Positions 34,642-44,713 of a stretch of DNA of 64,000 bases are shown here, piece by piece (the first letter of the stretch is position 1; each line of letters opens with the position of its first letter). Origin of the DNA: a virus (Duplodnaviria; Caudoviricetes). The translations under genes and the position numbers were made by a program. Location: IMG/VR virus record IMGVR_UViG_3300022752_000013; one strand, given 5' to 3'. A model generated the notes under the pieces. That model ran no database searches. It was not told the DNA's origin and worked only from the letters and a program-made list of their open reading frames with translations.

Positions 34642-36603
34642 ATGACTCAAGAAGTAATCGATATAGGGACTGCGCCAAATGACGGCTTGGGCGACCCACT
34701 GCGCGAGGCATTTGCCAAAACCAATAACAATTTCAGTCAACTTTTTGCCACCAGTGGTGTAAGTGGTATTTCCAATGGTTCTAGCAATGTAAATATTCCT
34801 CTAGTCAATGGAAATGTGGTTATTTCCTCAGCCGGCACTGCCAATGTGCTCACAGTCACTGGTACCGGCGTTAATGTAGCAGGAACCCTAAATTCGTCAG
34901 GACTGGCCACTCTCGGCAATCTCAGCGTGACTGGTACTGTGATCAGTACCGGAACAATTCAAGGTCTTGGCGCTGTGACTGCGGTCACGGTGACAGCATC
35001 GGGCAATAGTTCAGCCAACAACGCAATAGTCAGCAACTTGTTGACTGCGGGTCAACTGAGTTTGACCGGTAATATTGTGTCAGCCACAGTGACAGGTAAC
35101 ATTGTGGGCAGTAATATTGCAACCAGTGGGCTGGTGACGGCAACTGGCAATATCACAGGTGGTAACGTGATAACTGCTGGACAAGTCAGTGCTGTGGGCA
35201 ATATCACTGCGGCATTCTTCACAGGTAACGGTGCAGGTTTAACTGGTGTTGTTGCATCGGGCAACGTGGGTGCGGCAAGCAAATTGCTCAATGGCACCAG
35301 TGAAATGAATATTCCTGCCTCAGGCGGAAACATCGTTGGTAACGTGGCCGGTGTGACCAACGTCTTTACATTGACCACTGCAGGTTTGATCATTGCTGGT
35401 GTTGTGAGTGCAAGTGGCAATGTAACCAGTGGCAACTTGTTAACTGCGGGTTTGATAAGTTCTACAGGTACTGTTACCGGTTCAAGTTTATTGGGTTCAG
35501 TTGTATCTGTAACTGCCAACGTAACTGGTGGCAACTTGTTAACTGCGGGTTTGATAAGTTCTACAGGTACTGTTACTGGTTCAAGTTTATTGGGTTCAGT
35601 TGTATCTGTAACTGCCAACGTAACTGGTGGTAACATCACAACAGGTGGGCTGGTATCTGCGTCTGGTAACGTCGCAGCCACATATTTCTTGGGCAATGGC
35701 GCTTTACTAACTGGTGTGATCACTTCAGTTGCTAATATCAATTCAGGCACAAGTAATGTTGTTATTGTGAGTTCAGGTGGCAACGTTGCAGTTGGAGTTG
35801 GCGGGACATCAAATGTGGCTGTGTTTGCTACATCAGGAGAATATGTAACAGGCGTAGTAAGTGCGTCAGGCAACATCACGGGTGGTAACTTGATCACAGG
35901 TGGCCAAGTATCAGCCGCTGCCAACATCACTGGTGGTAATATTTTAACAGGTGGCTTGATTAGTTCTGCTGGTAACATTACATCAATTGGACTTACCACA
36001 ATCGGTGCTGGTGGAGCAATTTCAGGCACAGGCAATATCACTGCTGGTAATTTCTTAACCAGCGGATTGATCACAGCCACCGGTAACATCACTGGCGGCA
36101 ACTTGACTGTGGGCACTGGCAATGTAACTGCAGGCAACATTGTAAACGCCAATGGCAATGCTGTGGGCAACATTGGATCATCCAGTAATTATTTCAATCA
36201 GGTGTTTGCTCAAGCAACCACAGCATTGTATGCTGACTTGGCCGAGGTATATTCAGCAGATGCTAAATATTCTGCAGGTACTGTGGTTGTATTTGGTGGC
36301 ACCCAAGAAGTGACCGTAAGTACCGTAGATTCCAGTCGCAGAGTGGCTGGGATAATATCCGAGAAACCCAGTTACCTAATGAACTCCGGACTTGAAGCAG
36401 AACATTGTGCTGTGGTAGCACTGACTGGTCGAGTGCCCACTCAGGTAATTGGTCCAGTGGTCAAAGGCGACATGATGGTTTCAACCAGTAGTGGTCGGGC
36501 CCGTGCAGAAGCCGAACCAATGTCGGGCGCTGTTATTGGCAAGGCCTTGGAAGATTTTGACGGCGTAGAAGGCACAATTGAAATTGTGGTAGGAAGACTG
36601 TAA
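34642..36603 (+). CDS. Tail fibre/spike protein 1 (gp9/gp10-like N-terminus, G/N/T repeats, peptidase-G2/chaperone-like C-terminus)
   Basis: IDIGTAPNDGLGDPLREAFAKTNNNF; GNITGGN repeats; YADLAE...VALTGRVP. Confidence 0.8.
   Translation: MTQEVIDIGTAPNDGLGDPLREAFAKTNNNFSQLFATSGVSGISNGSSNVNIPLVNGNVVISSAGTANVLTVTGTGVNVAGTLNSSGLATLGNLSVTGTVISTGTIQGLGAVTAVTVTASGNSSANNAIVSNLLTAGQLSLTGNIVSATVTGNIVGSNIATSGLVTATGNITGGNVITAGQVSAVGNITAAFFTGNGAGLTGVVASGNVGAASKLLNGTSEMNIPASGGNIVGNVAGVTNVFTLTTAGLIIAGVVSASGNVTSGNLLTAGLISSTGTVTGSSLLGSVVSVTANVTGGNLLTAGLISSTGTVTGSSLLGSVVSVTANVTGGNITTGGLVSASGNVAATYFLGNGALLTGVITSVANINSGTSNVVIVSSGGNVAVGVGGTSNVAVFATSGEYVTGVVSASGNITGGNLITGGQVSAAANITGGNILTGGLISSAGNITSIGLTTIGAGGAISGTGNITAGNFLTSGLITATGNITGGNLTVGTGNVTAGNIVNANGNAVGNIGSSSNYFNQVFAQATTALYADLAEVYSADAKYSAGTVVVFGGTQEVTVSTVDSSRRVAGIISEKPSYLMNSGLEAEHCAVVALTGRVPTQVIGPVVKGDMMVSTSSGRARAEAEPMSGAVIGKALEDFDGVEGTIEIVVGRL
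35429..35630 (+). repeat. 99-bp tandem duplication within fibre 1
   Basis: Two copies differing only at 35478/35577. Confidence 0.92.
36190..36264 (+). repeat. 75-bp block shared with 38572-38646 of fibre 2
   Basis: 53 nt exact, then 2 mismatches (both third codon position). Confidence 0.9.
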
Positions 36604-36613
36604 GGAAAATATT

Positions 36614-36754
36614 ATGAGTTTATCAATTGGATCAGGATGGCAAATAGGATCTGGGTGGGTACTTCAAGGAGGCACACCCAGCGGTAGTTATATTACCACT
36701 ATAAGTGGACTTTATATTACCACGCTCGCGGGCGACAAATTTATTACAATTTAA
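36614..36754 (+). CDS. 46-aa Gly-rich microprotein
   Basis: MSLSIGSGWQIGSGWVLQGG...; AAGGA RBS; fills the gap between fibre genes; not in ORF track. Confidence 0.7.
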   Translation: MSLSIGSGWQIGSGWVLQGGTPSGSYITTISGLYITTLAGDKFITI

Positions 36755-36765
36755 GGAAATAGAAA

Positions 36766-38985
36766 ATGGCAGATACAACCATATCGGGATTAACCAATAC
36801 CAACACCATCGATGGTGCTACAGTAGTCCCTGCTGACTACAGCGGCGCAACTTACAAGGTAACAGCAAACACTCTAGGAAGTTTTATAACAACCAATGCG
36901 GTGACTGTGACTGCTACTGGCAATATCACCGGTGGTAATTTGCTCACAGGTGGACTGATCAGTGCCACTGCCAACGTGACTGGTGGTAATATAAGAACTG
37001 GCGGATTGATTAGTGCTACTGCCAACATCACCGGCGGTAATTTGCTCACAGGTGGATTGATTAGTGCTACAGGCAATATTACAGGTGCTTACATTGTGGG
37101 CAATGGGTCATTATTGACTTCAATTCCAGCAGGTAATATCACTGGACAAGTTGCCAATGCATTGGCTGCTGGCACAGTGTATACCAACGCACAACCAAAC
37201 ATTACTAGTGTTGGTTCTTTAACTTCACTCACAGTTAGTGGCAACACACAGTCAGGTAATTTACTGACTGGAGGCTTAGTATCAGCCTCGGGCAATGTGA
37301 CTGGTAACTATATTTTTGGTAATGGCGCTTGCTTAACAGGCGTTATCACTTCGGTCGCTAATATCAATTCAGGCACATCAAACGTCACAGTGGTAAGTTC
37401 AGGCGGCAACATCAGTGTTGGTGTAGGCGGAACATCGAATGTAGCAGTATTTGCCACCACAGGCGAGTATGTAACAGGTATAGTCAGTGCCAGTGGCAAC
37501 ATCATATCATCAGGCAACGTGTCAGGTGGTAACTTGTCAACAGGTGGCCAAATAAGTGCCAGCGGTAACATAAACACATCTGGATATTTTGTGGGTAACT
37601 TTGCCGGCAATATTTCTGGTAACCTAACAGTTCCTGGGTCAAACACACAGGTACTCTTTAACTCTAATGGTAATGCAGGTGCCGCCTCCGGATTGACTTT
37701 TGCGTCAGATACTAATTTATTGAGTGTCACCGGCAATGTCTTGGCCAACAATGGCATGTTTACCAACGTTGTGAACGTGGCCAGTCATACAGGTGCCGTG
37801 GTGAGTGTCACAGGCAACGTCACAGCCAACAATGGCATGTTTACCAACGTTGTGAACGTGGCCAGTTTCACTGGTGGTCTTGTTTCTGTTACAGGTAACG
37901 TCACAGCCAACAACGGCATATTCACTAACATTGTGAACGTGGCCAGTTTCACTGGTGCCGTAGTATCAGTAAGTGGTAACGTAACTGGTGGCAACATCTT
38001 GACCGGTGGGCTAATAAGTTCAACCAGTACCATAACCGGCACAAGTTTCTTGGGTGCAGTAGTATCTACAACTGGCAACATTACCGGTGGAAACGTCACT
38101 CTAGATACAGGCACAGGCAATTTATATGCACACGATGCATCTTTTGGTGGAGTCGTAAGTGCCACTGGCAACATATCTGGTAGTTACATCCTGGGTAATG
38201 GTGCTTTGTTAAGCGGAGTTATCACTTCAGTTGCTAATATCAATTTGGGTAATAGTAATGTTACTGTGGTCAGTTCTGGCGGCAACGTTGCAGTTGGAGT
38301 TGGCGGAACATCGAACGTAACTGTGTTTGCTACTTCAGGTGCATACGTAACTGGTATAGTAAGTGCATCGGGTAACATCACAGGCGGTAATATTGTTACG
38401 TCCGGTGCCGGCGGAGCAATTTCAGGCTCGGGTAATATCACAGCCGGTAATTTCTTAACAGGTGGACTGATCAGCGCCACTGGTGCTATCACAATCAATA
38501 GTGGTAATGCTGCCACTGCCATTATAAATGGTGCCGGCAATGCAGTGGGCAATATCGGATCATCCAGCAAGTATTTCAATCAGGTGTTTGCTCAAGCAAC
38601 CACAGCATTGTATGCTGACTTGGCTGAGGTATACTCAGCAGATGCTGAGTACGCTCCTGGTACTGTGGTGAGTTTTGGCGGCGATCAAGAAGTTACAAAA
38701 TCTATCACACCCAGCGACCCAAGAGTGGCTGGTGTAATATCAGAGAAGCCCAGTTACTTGATGAACTCAGGACTTGATGCTGAGCACCGTGCCGCAGTGG
38801 CTCTAACCGGGCGTGTGCCAACCCTGGTTATTGGTCCGGTGCGCAAAGGCGACATGATGGTATCTGCTGGCAATGGATGGGCACAAGCCTGTACAACACC
38901 AGCAATGGGAACCGTGATTGGTAAAGCACTTGTAAACTTTAATGGTGATTCAGGAATAATTGAAATAGTTGTAGGAAGAATGTAA
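36766..38985 (+). CDS. Tail fibre/spike protein 2, paralog of fibre 1
   Basis: Same repeat units and C-terminal YADLAE...GRVP domain. Confidence 0.8.
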   Translation: MADTTISGLTNTNTIDGATVVPADYSGATYKVTANTLGSFITTNAVTVTATGNITGGNLLTGGLISATANVTGGNIRTGGLISATANITGGNLLTGGLISATGNITGAYIVGNGSLLTSIPAGNITGQVANALAAGTVYTNAQPNITSVGSLTSLTVSGNTQSGNLLTGGLVSASGNVTGNYIFGNGACLTGVITSVANINSGTSNVTVVSSGGNISVGVGGTSNVAVFATTGEYVTGIVSASGNIISSGNVSGGNLSTGGQISASGNINTSGYFVGNFAGNISGNLTVPGSNTQVLFNSNGNAGAASGLTFASDTNLLSVTGNVLANNGMFTNVVNVASHTGAVVSVTGNVTANNGMFTNVVNVASFTGGLVSVTGNVTANNGIFTNIVNVASFTGAVVSVSGNVTGGNILTGGLISSTSTITGTSFLGAVVSTTGNITGGNVTLDTGTGNLYAHDASFGGVVSATGNISGSYILGNGALLSGVITSVANINLGNSNVTVVSSGGNVAVGVGGTSNVTVFATSGAYVTGIVSASGNITGGNIVTSGAGGAISGSGNITAGNFLTGGLISATGAITINSGNAATAIINGAGNAVGNIGSSSKYFNQVFAQATTALYADLAEVYSADAEYAPGTVVSFGGDQEVTKSITPSDPRVAGVISEKPSYLMNSGLDAEHRAAVALTGRVPTLVIGPVRKGDMMVSAGNGWAQACTTPAMGTVIGKALVNFNGDSGIIEIVVGRM
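37744..37975 (+). repeat. Three 81-bp (27-aa) tandem units within fibre 2
   Basis: GCCAACAA(T/C)GGCAT at 37744, 37825, 37906. Confidence 0.88.
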
Positions 38986-41594
38986 TGGCACAGCCACAGT
39001 GGCAAACTGCCGCAGGCCACTTGGGTACCATACCCGAAGGTGAGTTCTACCAAATTCAATTGGTAGCAACAGATCCTGCTGATCCGTTTGATCCTACCGC
39101 AGTGACCTATAGAGCAATTGCAGGTGCTTTGCCCTTAGGTATACAATGTACCACAAGTGGCCTATTAAAAGGTATACCTTATGTTATCAACGGTATAAAC
39201 AATGTTGACAGTCGATTTGTGATTAGAGCAAGTAGCAACTCAATTCCGCCACGTTTTGCCGATAGAACATTTGATTTTACTGTGCTGTCACAGGTGCCTC
39301 CGGTATTTGTAACTCCAGCAGGCAATGTGGGTACATTCTACGACGGCGCACCTATTGCTCCCATTCAAATTGAAATATCCGATCCCAATCCTGGAGACAA
39401 TGTTGTGATATCATTGGCTGCCGGTACATTACCTCCAGGACTAAGTTTAAGCCCAACCGGTTTGATCACAGGATACATTGTGCCATTGGTTCCTGTTGAA
39501 CAAACCCCAGGGTTTGATGCCACACCTTTTGATCAATACCCATTTGATTTTGCTACCAATAGTCTCAATACCAACTATCAATTTACACTGGAACTCAATG
39601 ATGGTAGAGAAACAAACATACGCACATTTGAGATTTATGTTTATAGCCGTAGTTCATTAACGGCTGACACAATAGATATCACAGCAGACAACACTTTTGT
39701 CACTGCCGATGAAACCAATGTATATCTACCATTCTTGGTCAACTCTGAGCCCAGCGACTTGGGACAAGTTCGTAGTGACAATTTCTGGGCCTATCAGTTT
39801 ATTGGCCTAGACTTCGATAGCGATGCTATTGAATATTTAGAATATCAAACTGATGGATCCACAAGTGCATTGCCGCCTGGTACCACTCTTGATCTGCAAA
39901 CCGGTTGGTTATATGGTTACCTGCCCTATCAAGGTGCCACAGAAAATATCTACAATTTCGAAATCTATGTAAGAAAAGCCGCTTACCCACAATATCGCAG
40001 TGAAAATTATACGTTCTCACTGACTCTGGTTGGACAAGTCAACACCGATGTTACCTGGTTGACCGCCGCCGATCTTGGCACTATCATCAATGGCAGCACC
40101 AGTACATTATATGTGGCAGCAGTCAATACCTTGGGTGGGCGACTTTTGCAGTATCGTCTCATGCCAGGATCATATCCCTCCCCTAACATTGGTGTGTACA
40201 ACAAGTTGCCACAAGGCCTACAGTTGTTGTCATCAGGAGACATTGCAGGACGTGTGAGTTTCAACACCTTTGCTGTGGATCTTGGAACCACAACATTTGA
40301 CCAAGGCACCACAACATTTGATTCCGTATACACATTCACAGTAAACGCCTACAGTCAAGATGGCTTGATCAGTGTGTTTAAAACGTTCTCCATAACTGTG
40401 TTACGAGAGTACAACGAACCCTACGAAAATCTCTACATCAAATGCATGCCCCCACAAGCAGACAGAGATTTGATCAATCAGTTGATTCAGAATCAAGATA
40501 TTATTCCAGTTGATCTGGTGTATCGTATTGATGATCCCAACTTTGGCATTGCCAAGAATGTGATATATGAACATGCCTATGGACTTACTGCGGCCACCTA
40601 CGAAGCCTATGTCAGTAGTTTGGTAATCAATCACTACTGGAAAAATCTTGTGCTGGGGTCAATTCAAACAGCACGGGCACTTGATGATGCAGGCAATGTA
40701 TTGTATGAAGTGGTGTATAGCAGTATCATTGATGATCTAGTGAACAATTCAGGACAAAGCGTGAGCAAGAGTGTGACCTTGCCCTATCCAATCAATCAAT
40801 TTGACTCTACAGAAATTGCCACAGTGTATCCCAATAGCCTGATCAACATGCGAGACCAAGTGATTGATACCGTGGGACAAATTTCAAAACTGTTGCCACG
40901 TTGGATGTTGAGCAAACAGGCAAACGGGCGAGTACTGGGCTTTACTCCTGCCTGGGTAATTTGTTATTGCATGCCCGGTAAGTCTGGACAAGTGGCCTAC
41001 AACATAGCCCAGCAGTATGGAGATCAACTGAACCGGGTAGACTTCAAAGTTGATCGCTATGAACTGGATCGATTGTTGACCAAGAATTGGAACCCAACTG
41101 TTCAACGATGGGTCAGTTCTCAACCTCCTTTTGTGCCAAATTCAACCACATTTGATTTGCTCTTGCACTACCAGGTCACTGCCATTGGAGGCGGTGGCGG
41201 AACTGGATATCGTGGTATTGAGCGTAGTACAACCGGAATAATTGTTTATCCCGGTGATGAAATTTTAATTTTAGGATCCCAAGTTGGGGGAGATGATGGC
41301 ATCAATGACATCACAATTAGAGTGCAAGATGTGGGCAATACTGGGAACATAACCTTGGTAACCTTGCAAGGTCAAGCACCACGTTTCTCTAGCGGTGACA
41401 CTTATACCGGTATTTCAGGAACTGATATTACTGGATCGGGCACAGGAGCCACGTTTAACTTTGTGGTAGCCAGCGGTGAAATAACCACATTTGATGCTTC
41501 AAGTATGAGATTTGAAGCACCAGTAGATATGTACTCCAGCACAGACGTTTACGATAAATATCTTGTGTTTCCCAGACGGAATATATTAGTGTAA
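38985..41594 (+). CDS. Baseplate wedge-like structural protein with Ig-like repeats
   Basis: Repeated GxLPPGLxLxxxG..Y..FT units; position in tail operon. Confidence 0.7.
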   Translation: MAQPQWQTAAGHLGTIPEGEFYQIQLVATDPADPFDPTAVTYRAIAGALPLGIQCTTSGLLKGIPYVINGINNVDSRFVIRASSNSIPPRFADRTFDFTVLSQVPPVFVTPAGNVGTFYDGAPIAPIQIEISDPNPGDNVVISLAAGTLPPGLSLSPTGLITGYIVPLVPVEQTPGFDATPFDQYPFDFATNSLNTNYQFTLELNDGRETNIRTFEIYVYSRSSLTADTIDITADNTFVTADETNVYLPFLVNSEPSDLGQVRSDNFWAYQFIGLDFDSDAIEYLEYQTDGSTSALPPGTTLDLQTGWLYGYLPYQGATENIYNFEIYVRKAAYPQYRSENYTFSLTLVGQVNTDVTWLTAADLGTIINGSTSTLYVAAVNTLGGRLLQYRLMPGSYPSPNIGVYNKLPQGLQLLSSGDIAGRVSFNTFAVDLGTTTFDQGTTTFDSVYTFTVNAYSQDGLISVFKTFSITVLREYNEPYENLYIKCMPPQADRDLINQLIQNQDIIPVDLVYRIDDPNFGIAKNVIYEHAYGLTAATYEAYVSSLVINHYWKNLVLGSIQTARALDDAGNVLYEVVYSSIIDDLVNNSGQSVSKSVTLPYPINQFDSTEIATVYPNSLINMRDQVIDTVGQISKLLPRWMLSKQANGRVLGFTPAWVICYCMPGKSGQVAYNIAQQYGDQLNRVDFKVDRYELDRLLTKNWNPTVQRWVSSQPPFVPNSTTFDLLLHYQVTAIGGGGGTGYRGIERSTTGIIVYPGDEILILGSQVGGDDGINDITIRVQDVGNTGNITLVTLQGQAPRFSSGDTYTGISGTDITGSGTGATFNFVVASGEITTFDASSMRFEAPVDMYSSTDVYDKYLVFPRRNILV

Positions 41595-41606
41595 CAAGGA
41601 AAAAAA

Positions 41607-42488
41607 ATGACCAGCCAAATTAACCCAAACGACATTGACGGCGCTTATCCAGTAGCCGGGCAAGACAACGACAGCCAAGGCTTTCGTGACAATTTTACCA
41701 ATACCTCAACCAACTTTCAATATGCAGCCGATGAAATTACTGATCTGCAAAATAATGCTGTGCTGAAAGCCGCGTTGACCGGAACCACTTTGGACAACAA
41801 CATGAACGGGAGTTTGTTGTACAACTTTGAGGCTAGTCAAGTTGCTGGAGCGGTCAATCCGTTGGGTACCACATCAGGTACAGTTACACTGGATTGGGAC
41901 AACGGCTCTTATCAAACTCTAACCACATCGGGTTCAGTCACACTGGGATTTACTAACTTTCCTGCCTCGGGCGTGGCGGCTTCAATTGTGTTGCGGATCA
42001 CCGTGGCCAGCACAGCACATACGCTAACACTGCCAGCCGCTGTGTCTATTGGTACTGCAAACTTGCAAGGTTATGCCTCAAACATAATCACCTTCAGTAC
42101 TACAGGAACCTTCATATTTGAATTTACCACGGTTAATGGTGGTTCCGCAATCAGCATTGTTGATCTTAACCGCAACAGAGATCCATTGTACTTGCCCAGT
42201 TCTGAAGATTTGGCTGCAAGTGCTGCCGCCAGTTTGGGCAAAACTACCAGTTATTTTTCAACTTCTACCTCAGAAACTGCCACGCTGGCAGCCGGAGTTG
42301 CAGGACAAATCAAAGTGTTTGCCATGTATGCTGATTCTGGAGACATGGTGATCACTGTTTCAAATGCCGGCTGGAAATCAAGCGGTTCAGGAACAATTAC
42401 GTTCAATGACATTGGTGATGCTTGTACCTTGATGTACATCAATGCCAAATGGTTTGCCATCGGCGCCAATGGTGTAGCATTTGCCTAA
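41607..42488 (+). CDS. Virion structural protein
   Basis: YPVAGQDNDSQGFRDNF; Thr/Ser beta-rich. Confidence 0.7.
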   Translation: MTSQINPNDIDGAYPVAGQDNDSQGFRDNFTNTSTNFQYAADEITDLQNNAVLKAALTGTTLDNNMNGSLLYNFEASQVAGAVNPLGTTSGTVTLDWDNGSYQTLTTSGSVTLGFTNFPASGVAASIVLRITVASTAHTLTLPAAVSIGTANLQGYASNIITFSTTGTFIFEFTTVNGGSAISIVDLNRNRDPLYLPSSEDLAASAAASLGKTTSYFSTSTSETATLAAGVAGQIKVFAMYADSGDMVITVSNAGWKSSGSGTITFNDIGDACTLMYINAKWFAIGANGVAFA

Positions 42489-42494
42489 CAGGTA

Positions 42495-42523
42495 TTGACA
42501 GGCCACTGTAATTCCTGTATACT
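42495..42523 (+). promoter_or_regulatory. sigma70 promoter
   Basis: TTGACA-17-TATACT. Confidence 0.75.
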
Positions 42524-42541
42524 CTACACACAAGGAGTAAC

Positions 42542-42778
42542 ATGGAACATCCATTCATCAATGATCTAGATGGTTTGACCCTGGAACAACTGGGGTCGAA
42601 AATTTCCGAACTTCATAAAAAATTGGGCATTGCCATGCGGTCTGGTAATCCCTACCTCTGTGATCAAATACGAATGGCCCTGAGCAGTTACACAACCAAA
42701 CAACAAGAAAAAACAGCCGAACTTTACCGACCCAAAGACGGGGAAGATCCTTTTAATTCCAAGATTGATATATCATGA
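42542..42778 (+). CDS. Conserved phage hypothetical protein
   Basis: AAGGAG RBS; MEHPFINDL. Confidence 0.8.
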   Translation: MEHPFINDLDGLTLEQLGSKISELHKKLGIAMRSGNPYLCDQIRMALSSYTTKQQEKTAELYRPKDGEDPFNSKIDIS

Positions 42779-43389
42779 ACGTAAGATTAGAATATGACAT
42801 GCAATGGCGTGCCGCCATCTGGTTTGAAAACTGTCTACAGATCAACAGTTACAACATAGAATTGGCCATCACAACCAATACTTCCAACGCAGATGATCAT
42901 GTGGTCAGTCTGAATAGACTCAATCACTTTGTCTACAACGAAATGGCCAATACTGTGTACATTCATCAAAATGATGTCACGCAGATCCAAGCACTGACTT
43001 CGGCCGGAATCAAAGTAACCACCATGCCTGAACAACCCATTGACCAGATCATTGGTATTGCGTTATACTGCAAACTCAATGCTATATTGCAGGAGCGAAT
43101 GTTTGTGAACGGTGTGACCATACAAAGTGATTTGGGGGATAATGTGCGATACCTGCACAGTGACCGTGAAAGCGCAGGCCCTATGGCACAACCGGGCTGG
43201 TGGCAGGATCACACACCCGTGCATTCCGATTTCAAATCCTCTGCTAGTAAGAAACATGTGGTCAAACTCAGTAGAACACTGAGTTGGCAGGATCTTGAAC
43301 TGGAATGGTCAGATGTAGAACCCACCGACAACACTGGCAACACTGGCAACACCGTGGTATTTGCAAAGTTTGGGCCCGATGAAAACTGA
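42775..43389 (+). CDS. Conserved phage hypothetical protein
   Basis: ATGA overlap; 204 aa. Confidence 0.8.
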   Translation: MNVRLEYDMQWRAAIWFENCLQINSYNIELAITTNTSNADDHVVSLNRLNHFVYNEMANTVYIHQNDVTQIQALTSAGIKVTTMPEQPIDQIIGIALYCKLNAILQERMFVNGVTIQSDLGDNVRYLHSDRESAGPMAQPGWWQDHTPVHSDFKSSASKKHVVKLSRTLSWQDLELEWSDVEPTDNTGNTGNTVVFAKFGPDEN

Positions 43390-43888
43390 TAGTGTAGGAC
43401 AAATTGTACTAGGTGAAGCAGATCTAATCAACTTGGTCATGCAAGGGCGTGATCTCGAAAGTGTGGGCGGCACCCTGGTAGACGATTCCGTGGACATAGA
43501 AGCCGCGGCCTTTTGGTTGGAGCATGTGCCTGATTTCACACACTGGTCAGAACCGGATGCTCAAGCAGTGTTTGATCACATGCAACAAAGCACATGGCAC
43601 ATGCCCGAAGAATACCGGACGTTGGACATTGCAGAACATGTGCTGAAACTTTGTGCTACAGAAGCACAACTACAACGCTGTGGTGCAGAACTGTTACAGT
43701 ATCAAGAGCGTGGCCTGTTTGATCTTTTGCGTTACTTGAAGTATCTAGTGGACGTTATGAAACAAAATCATGTGATATGGGGCGTGGGTCGAGGATCTAG
43801 TGTGGCCAGTTATGTGTTATACCTGTTGGGCGTACACAGAATTGACAGTTTATACTATGAATTAGATCCTGCAGAGTTCCTGCGTTAA
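43379..43888 (+). CDS. DNA polymerase III alpha (DnaE) palm fragment
   Basis: RCGAEL...WGVGRGSSVASYVLYLLGVHRID..YELDPAEFLR; stops before the PDxD motif. Confidence 0.8.
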   Translation: MKTDSVGQIVLGEADLINLVMQGRDLESVGGTLVDDSVDIEAAAFWLEHVPDFTHWSEPDAQAVFDHMQQSTWHMPEEYRTLDIAEHVLKLCATEAQLQRCGAELLQYQERGLFDLLRYLKYLVDVMKQNHVIWGVGRGSSVASYVLYLLGVHRIDSLYYELDPAEFLR

Positions 43889-43910
43889 ATAAAAATCAAG
43901 GAGAAAAACA

Positions 43911-44315
43911 ATGACACAAAAAACCTATCGAACTGCACAAGGCAAGATTGTGGACCTGGGTGCCATGATGGTACAAAACGAAAATGTTCGTGCTGTGGGC
44001 AACATGAAAGCCAACGCACGTGGTGATATTATTGACAATCACGGACATGTTGTGGCCACTCGTGGCCAACAAGTAAACCGAAATCTCAATCGTCAAACCA
44101 ATGCCAACGCAGGACCAATACCCACAAGCAATCGTAATCCAACTCCAGAACCAAAGTTGACTGAAGCAGAACAACTGGAACAGGATCGCCAGCAACGCCA
44201 GGCCAAGCGTGAAGCCATGGAACGTGGGGAAAAGGTAGAACTCAAGGGCGATGCACCCACACAGGGTCTGGCGGCTGCCATGGCTCGTGCAGAAAAACTC
44301 AAGGATCAAGAATGA
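43911..44315 (+). CDS. Conserved late phage protein
   Basis: TAAATA at 43886; AAGGAG; YRTAQGKIVD...VGNMKANARGD. Confidence 0.8.
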   Translation: MTQKTYRTAQGKIVDLGAMMVQNENVRAVGNMKANARGDIIDNHGHVVATRGQQVNRNLNRQTNANAGPIPTSNRNPTPEPKLTEAEQLEQDRQQRQAKREAMERGEKVELKGDAPTQGLAAAMARAEKLKDQE

Positions 44316-44713
44316 CAAAATTAGCATATCAAGCACATCAGATCACCCGAGATCAACTGCGTCCCTTAAACGACTCAGTTATCGTGGGAGAAATGACATT
44401 TGACCAACGCTTTACCACAGGTGGTATTGTGTTGCTCAACGACAACGGCAAGAGCACAGGTATTCGTCCACGCTGGGGACAGGTGTATGCTGTGGGTCCA
44501 GAACAACATGATGTCCGGGTAGGCGAATGGGTGTGTATTGCACACGGTCGTTGGACACGTGGTATCGATATCGAAGATGAAAACGGCAAACAAACACTAC
44601 GCCGAGTTGACCCCAAAGACATACTGATACAAACAGACGAAGAGCCCAAAGACGAAACTTTTAGCACGGCCATTCATGTGGAAGCCAAGCCAGACTGGAT
44701 GCAACACAATTGA
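44312..44713 (+). CDS. groES: Co-chaperonin GroES-like
   Basis: LRPLNDSVIV...TTGGIVL...GQVYAVGP...VRVGEWV. Confidence 0.85.
   Translation: MTKLAYQAHQITRDQLRPLNDSVIVGEMTFDQRFTTGGIVLLNDNGKSTGIRPRWGQVYAVGPEQHDVRVGEWVCIAHGRWTRGIDIEDENGKQTLRRVDPKDILIQTDEEPKDETFSTAIHVEAKPDWMQHN

Noticed and set aside
35052-38579. Long minus-strand ORFs (e.g. 35052-36173, 37308-37766) opposite the fibres
   Set aside because: Shadow frames of GGN/ACN/AAY-rich repetitive coding; no RBS or promoter
36190-38646. Diversity-generating retroelement TR/VR pair in the fibre genes
   Set aside because: The two differences are C/T at synonymous sites, not adenine-specific; both copies are coding; no reverse transcriptase in the window
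43329-43352. 9-bp tandem repeat CAACACTGG (2.7 copies)
   Set aside because: In-frame NTG linker expansion in a protein tail; no regulatory or phase-variation implication
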